Assembly: GCA_009914755.4 (NCBI GenBank)
Contig: CP086569.2
Coordinates: forward strand, 22,304,001 to 22,368,000
DNA: 64,000 nucleotides
Source of the DNA: the human T2T-CHM13v2.0 reference genome, Homo sapiens
Reading direction: 5' to 3'
In this document: one piece after another, positions 57,405-64,000 of the stretch
Position numbering within the stretch: the stretch's first letter is position 1
How the letters are laid out: each line of letters opens with the position of its first letter
The notes under the pieces: model-generated
What the model was told of the DNA's origin: nothing
Seen by the model: the letters and a program-made list of their open reading frames with translations, nothing else
Databases searched by the model: none
Made by a program: the position numbers and the translations under genes

Positions 57405-58200
57405 CATTTTTATTATAGATTCAGAGGACATGTGCAGGCTTGGTTCAAAGGTATATTGCATGATGCTAAAGTTTAGTCTTCTACTGATCCCATCATCTAG
57501 ATAGTGAACCATGTACCCAATAGGAGGATTTTCAGCCCCTGCCCCTCTCCTTCTGTCCCAACTTTGAAGTCCTCAGTGTCTAATGTTCCTATCTTTATTT
57601 CTGTGTGCACCCAAGTTGTAGATCCTATTCATAAGTGCAAATATTCAATATTTGATTTTCTGTTTCCTCGTTAATTTGCTTAGGTTAATGACCTCCAGCT
57701 GCATCCATGTTGCTGCAAAGGACATGATTTTGTTCTTTTTATGGCTGTGGACTATTCCAGCGTTCATATGTACTGCATTTTCTTTATCCCATCCACGATG
57801 GATGGGCTCCTACGTTGATGCCATGTCTTCGCTATGGTGATGAATATGAGAATTCTTATGTCTTTTGGTAGCTTTAATGATTTATTTTCCTTTGAGCATA
57901 TACTGAATAATAGGATTGCTGGGTGGAATGGTACTTCTATTGTTAGTTCTTTTAGAAATTCCCAAACTGCTTTCCACAGTGACTGAACACCCTCATCACC
58001 AGTGTATAACAGTTCCTTTTGCCCTGTGACCTTGCCCACATTATTCTTCTTTTTATTATTTTGGCCTTTTAATAATAACAGTCATTCTGACTGGGTATGA
58101 GATAGTATCTTGTTGTGATTTTGATTTGGATTTCTTTGATGATCAGTGATGTTGAGCACTTTTCTTATGTTTCTTTGCCACTAGTATGTCTTAAGAAGGT
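57405..58200 (-). mobile_element. L1 3' end (3'UTR plus the end of ORF2), minus orientation
   Basis: Poly-T then the reverse complement of the L1 3'UTR and ORF2 end: 'gattcagaggacatgtgcaggcttggttcaaaggtatattgcatgatgctaaagtttag...ctccagctgcatccatgttgctgcaaaggacatgattttgttctttttatggctg'. Confidence 0.85.
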
Positions 58201-61200
58201 ATTTTATATAAACATACAATTATTTCCTGTACCGATACGTGAAATTCTGCCTATGTCCTTCTCCTCCTACTACATGATTTTACATGGATAATGAGTCAAA
58301 AAAAATAATATATTTTATTTCATACTTGTAAAATGTTTGTCTTTGAAAAATACCACATGTTCTAATTTTTAATTTTCTTAATTCCTTGGAAGTGGCAATG
58401 GGGACAGGGGAATTTTAAAGCAATTACTTAACAAGGTGATTCCAATGTAAACAGTATATTGTTCATTATAAAGTTATTTTGTTTTTGAGTAAAATTTAAA
58501 AAAATACAAATACAAAATAATATAACATACCAATTTAACCCACTTAAAAATAACAGCTATTAAGATATTCCATGTTCTATTTACATTACCTCTGCTTGTA
58601 ATTGGAATATATGCCCTCAGGTTCATTTCCTTTCTTCCATTTCCTGAGGTACCATTATCATGAACTTGGTATTACCTTCATATTTTTAAATCTATTAAAA
58701 TATTTATTTCTAAATAATACTGGTATTTTATAACTTTTTAATGATTATGTGAATAAGGTATGATTTCACATATTTTATTCTGTTAACATTCTTGTTGAGA
58801 GTTGCCATTATTGATGGCATAGTTATCAGTCTACTGAATTCTCATATTCCATGATGTGTTTATTGAAATGCTGCAGTGAAAAACCTTCCCTATGCCTCCA
58901 GGTACACATGTGTGAGAGTTTCTAATGAATATACTAGAAGAATGGCTGGACTGCAGTGTGTGTACAGTTTTAACTTTGAGGGGATGAAACATTCTCATTA
59001 GCTCCCTGGACTACCACTTTACTACTGTTGTTGATCCATGCTAATCGGCTTAGCATATATCTTAGATTTTTCTTAGATTTTTCATTTTTAATGAAGTATT
59101 ATTATGTTACATTGATTAGAACCAGCAAGCATGTGTTAAATGTTCATTTTGTTTAATAATTACAGCTATTGTCAGGCCTCTATCAGTATGGGAGAAAAAT
59201 AAAATGTTAACAGAATGATGACTTTAGTAGGGAGATAAATCTGAAAATCAACTTTATTTTCCTGACACAGTTCACACAGAACACAGATACTGCTACTTTT
59301 TCAAGGGCAGCATGCTGCAGAGTGAGTGATAATAAATATGCACTGGGTCAGTAGTGGCTGGGGATGAGTAGTTTCTTCCAGTCTTGCCTGGTGATGGAAG
59401 AAGTATCTGACATAGTTTTTTTTTTTTTTTCCTACATGGTCCACTTACATGACACTCCCAGGTCATCATATGGTAGGTCTGGGGAAAATGAAGGAAATAA
59501 TAGGCTAGATATATGTAAATTATGTGCTGGAAATAGAAGCTTAGCACACAGAGAGTAGTTGATTCATCTGGCCACAGTGGTTTTGTCATCTCTTATACAC
59601 TTACAACTACCTATTTATGGGCTGTTTGCTAATGACTATTTAAAAAAATCTGTTTCAGCAGCAATAGCCTAAAAATGCAACTAGGTATTTAATTAAAAAC
59701 TACTCAGTTTCCCTTTCAATCAAATTATGTGTTGAAAAGTGCCAATAAACACATGGTGTAATCATGAAGCCTTGTAGTCCATATTGGGACCACAGGCTAA
59801 AAGTGATATCCTGAAATCCAGAATACAGATGGCTGAGGGGAAAAAGCAGCTGCTATTTCAGAAGGTAATACTTAGTTACATTAAGAAAACTAAGCCTGAA
59901 GATGACATTTTCACAGGTTTAGTGTGTGAATTCGAAAAAATTAAGCATATAATTCTGAGATGCCTGGCTTTTTATTTATATTATATTACTATTTTTAAAA
60001 ATCAATTGTGTACATTTTAATTCTAATTTTTCCACACTTAAGAAAAATGCATCAGTAATTGTTAGTATGTTAGCTCCATTAGCTACAGAAGAAATTCCAA
60101 AAGAATTGAATAATGCCATTTAGATGTTTCAAATAGAAAATTAAATTAAAAAATGGTTTGAATTTTTAATCAATCATTGCAAAAAAGATAAAGCTGTTGA
60201 AATTCTATCGTACCAGAAATAAAACATTGAACAATGTGTGATAAATGATTTTTAATGTTGAGTGAAAAAGCTACATATTGGTGATAACTTTTATTGCTGA
60301 CAAGAAGAAACAACTTTGGAAAAACTTGCAAGTAGCTTTATTTAAAAATCAATATAAAATTAAAAGAAATGCATTTTCCAGAAAAGAACTATGTATAATT
60401 ATTGTTAAGAAACAGATTAATTCATATAAATATGTTCCAGAATCGTTATTCTGCCTACTATTTCTAATATTTAAATAATAAATTTAAAGAAGTTATTTTT
60501 CTCTTTTGCTTCAAGATATATAATTGTGGTTTTAAATTTTTGAAGAGATTTCATTTTCAAAAATAGTTGGAAGATAACTATTTTATAGATCCATCCATAC
60601 AGTAAAAACAATTTGCCTATAAGGAAATAATATATTAAATAATACCTGATTTTGTATATGTTAGTACTCTTTTATCCTAAAAAAGTTTCCATTGGAACAA
60701 TAAAGATTTTAGTCACCCTAATTTTACTAAATATCATTAGATAGTCCTGTGGATTGATGGGAAAAAACTATCATTCCTTACATTCTTGACTACACTCAGT
60801 ACTTATTATTTTAATAGTTGACAAACTAATGAATGAAAGTGGGAACCTAATGTGGTTTTGATTTATATCCCTGGATTACTAATAAGCTCAAGCATCTAGC
60901 CATTTTTCGTTGGTCATTTGACTTTCCTCTTTTCTAAAAATGATCTAATTATTTACCTGTACTTCTTTCTTCTACTGGGCTAGATTGTGTATATTTTTTC
61001 TTGTACATTTGTATGAGTTATTTTGATTATTTTGGATACTGGAGTTCTTATTTATATATTTTTTAGTGATGTTCTGGAGTTTTATAAACACCCAAGATAG
61101 TTTTTAGAATTTATCATCTGAAGATTTTCAAAAAGCTAACTCAGAAGTCATTTGGGGCTATAATGCTGACTTCAAATGAAAAAATTATTTTGCCACTTTA

Positions 61201-63704
61201 GCAAAACATGTTTTAAAGATACTAATTAGAAAGCACTGAAGTGCTCACTTCTATCTTTTTAATAAAACTTGCATTTAAATAGTCATTTCAACAAAATCCT
61301 TTACCCTTACAGTAAGAACCAATTATTAAATATTGATTACCTAGCTCCTGTATGGTTTTCTAAATATTTCACAATTGTCATTTTGGTAATAATCACTTAG
61401 CATACTCATGAGAATTACTCGTTCTCCAGGTCTCATTCCAGGTGATTGAACCAGGATTTCGAAGGAAAATAGCTACAAATTTCTGGGTATATATTTTATT
61501 TATGACCCATGTAATTATTTGAGGATATTTGTGAAACTCTGATCTGACACATAAGAGAAAGTAAAACAAGAACAACAAAAACCAAAAACAGAACAACAAC
61601 AATAAAAAAAAAAACCCAAAAATAAGCCACACACAAAGAATATCAAGCCAGGTGTCAGGAATAAATATCTTATCTTTTCCTAACTGCAGCCTTCTCAATT
61701 CATATGGCCCTATCTTCTTTTTCATTCTTGGTAAGTGCTACTACAACTGTCTAGCACTTCACGGTAGTAATTAACCTGTTAGTTTGCAATTTAGCAAAAT
61801 ATATGAAACCTATTTCTGAACATATTCTTTAGGATCATTTTTCTAGCTATACAACATGGGTCAGTTAATGCTATGTATGGCTATAAAATAGCAGTATTTA
61901 ACAAAAATATTTGACCACTGCGGCAAAATTATCTTCTGTAATGATCCACTGCTACTAAGATTACCTTGACATTTTGGAGACTGTACTGACATTTTGAATA
62001 TCATATACTCAAGGAAGATTGGAAAGCGTCTTCAGATGTCATTGTCTATAATGATAAGAGTTAATACTCGTATTAACTTTCAAATTTTTCTATGTTAAAG
62101 CATGCGTGCAGGTATTGGATGAACAGGTAGGCCACTGAGGCATGGCTGTGGTTAAAGTTGTAAAAGTTTTGGCAAAATTGTGCATACCAACATCTCCACA
62201 GAAAATTTAGATTTTGGCTCAGCTAGGAGATGTTGAAGAAAATTATATTTTTTCTTCTTAATGATTCCCCGGTTGGTCCTTAAAGGGAGATAGCACAATA
62301 TGGTGGAAAGAGGTAGTTTTGCAATCTGAAGTTAGACTTTAAGAGAAGTTAATGATTTTGAGAGCCAAATTTCAGATGTATGAAGCGGGGTCTAAAATAT
62401 CTAGTACCTGTGTGTGTAGTTATAAAGATCATATAATAACAATTGATTCTATTTGCCTTGTACTTTTCCGTAAAACAAAGACATCAGTTAATTGTGTTAC
62501 TTAGTATAGATTTGTGTGGGCATTTTTAAGGATCATTTATCTCATCATAAATAAAATGGTAATACTGGCAAAGAATGGTACTTACTCCAACATTGACATT
62601 GCAGAGCTCCAGCTATTCTGTAGAGAAACTGGTGTGAATTGAAATAAAAAACAAAACTGGACGATTGAAGGTTACTTAGGGGCCACTCTTTATTTACTAA
62701 GACTATGTAATTCTTGGAGAGGACACACAACCTGTGAAGAGTTGGATGTAAATGATGAAGAGTCATTGAGAAAAGGCTGCCTCAAGGATCATCCTCTACA
62801 TTTCTAGCTTGAAATACAGGGTATTTGGTGCTGTGAATTTCTGAAATAGTGGAATACTGTACGAGGAAACATGTTTTGGGGATGAAATGAAGGTCTGGTT
62901 TTGGTATGTGGAGATGTAAGGCATGCAGTTGGATATGCCAAGTCTGAAGGCAGAACAAAGATCTGGCCTGAAGTTGGGAATTTCTTAATGGTCAGCATAA
63001 AAAGGGTGTTTTAGCCTTGAGAAAACCCAAGAGGATCCATGACTGAAATCTGAACAACTTCAACACCTGTAGATTTAGTAAAGATGCCAACAAAATACAC
63101 AACAAGTTCATATTAAAATTAATAGGAAAAGACAAACTACTTAGTGAGAGGTATCCAGGCAACTAGCACTAGGTAGCTATTAGGTAGCAAATTTGGGAAA
63201 AAATAAAATGTTTAAAGAATCTTTGATCAGGTTTCCAAATATACAAAATAAAAACCACTTACATGTTAGAAGACAATATACAAAATGATATTATGTTAAT
63301 GGTACTATTTAATGCTAATAGACAAAAATGAAAATTATTGTGAATTAAATCAACAGACAATATATTTTCCATCACTGTCTTTTCTTCTCAATGTGTGTGT
63401 TGTTTTAATTCACTAAGCAATGACTCCTCTTAATTCCATTACTTTTTATTTAACACTGCATTTTTTTGCATATGTGCAATATTACACTGCCCAATAGAGA
63501 GGAAATGAAGAATTTGGGCTAGTGTATCAGAAACACCTTAGCTTTTCAGCTTTGGGCTTCTGGAGTGTGGTTAATTTAAATATTCTCATCAGGCCTTGAT
63601 TTGTCAGATTTCTGTAATCACTTCTCCAAAATAAACAATGTCTGAAACTGATGTCTACAATTAAATTAAAATTATGCTGGCTTTCAAGATAATTATGTAA
63701 ATTT

Positions 63705-64000
63705 GATGCTTTTTTTGGGGGGGGTGGGGTGGTGGAGACAAAGTTTTGTTCTTGTGACCAGGCTATAGTGCAGTGGCGTGATCTTGGCTCACTGCAACCT
63801 ACGCCTCTCGGGTTCAACAGATTCTCCTGCCTCAGCCTCCCAAATAGCTAGGATTACAGGAACCTGCCAACACACAGATAATTTTTGAATATTTAGTAGA
63901 GATGAGGTTTCACCATGTTGACCAGGCTGGATTTGAACTTCTGACATCTGGTAATCCACCAGCCTTGGCCTCCCAAGGGGATTACAGGAGTGAACCACCC
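63705..64000 (-). mobile_element. Alu SINE, minus orientation, running to the window edge
   Basis: Reads 'gagacaaagttttgttcttgtgaccaggctatagtgcagtggcgtgatcttggctcactgcaacct...cctcagcctcccaaatagctaggattacagg...ggcctcccaag'. Confidence 0.85.

Overview
This window is primate nuclear DNA, human-like, not prokaryotic. It carries many Alu SINEs (including AluY), L1 LINE fragments and a HERV-K-type provirus, so no operon-style gene calling applies. The ORF-track entries are almost all repeat-derived or chance open frames.

Three gene-family relics are recognisable from their translations:
- An RBMY-family (RNA-binding motif, Y-linked) pseudogene lies on the minus strand at ~2.1-8.5 kb. It has an in-frame stop in its last exon.
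- Two tandem trypsin-like (S1) serine-protease-like pseudogene copies lie on the plus strand at ~28.2-29.7 kb and ~31.2-33.3 kb. Their catalytic residues are degenerate.
- A TSPY-like (NAP-domain) gene lies on the plus strand at ~39.5-41.3 kb. Its splice structure is retained, but a premature stop (TGG to TGA) sits in its fifth exon. A partial inverted copy of its 5' end and exon 1 lies at 38.06-38.39 kb, so the two face each other head-to-head across a CpG-rich region.

The other large-scale features are:
- A ~7 kb tandem array of a 33-bp subunit (66-bp dimer) at 13.8-26.9 kb. It is split by a 6.1-kb HERV-K-like provirus (LTRs, Lys-PBS, gag nucleocapsid and env remnants; pro-pol deleted; a later AluY sits in env) with a clean 6-bp target-site duplication, AAAAGT.
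- A 3.4-kb 5'-truncated L1 flanked by ~610-bp direct repeats.
- An inverted pair of paralogous L1 copies that share idiosyncratic mutations (1-1425 versus 45815-47455).
- A direct ~1.5-kb duplication (35.5-37.06 kb versus 47.4-48.9 kb).

RBMY-like and TSPY-like sequences occurring together, plus the dense local duplications, fit a male-specific (Y-chromosomal) ampliconic or degenerate region. Both proteins are ~20-25% diverged from the human functional copies, so this is either an old pseudogene subfamily or a non-human primate. I cannot tell which without a database search. No CRISPR array, rRNA or tRNA gene was seen.
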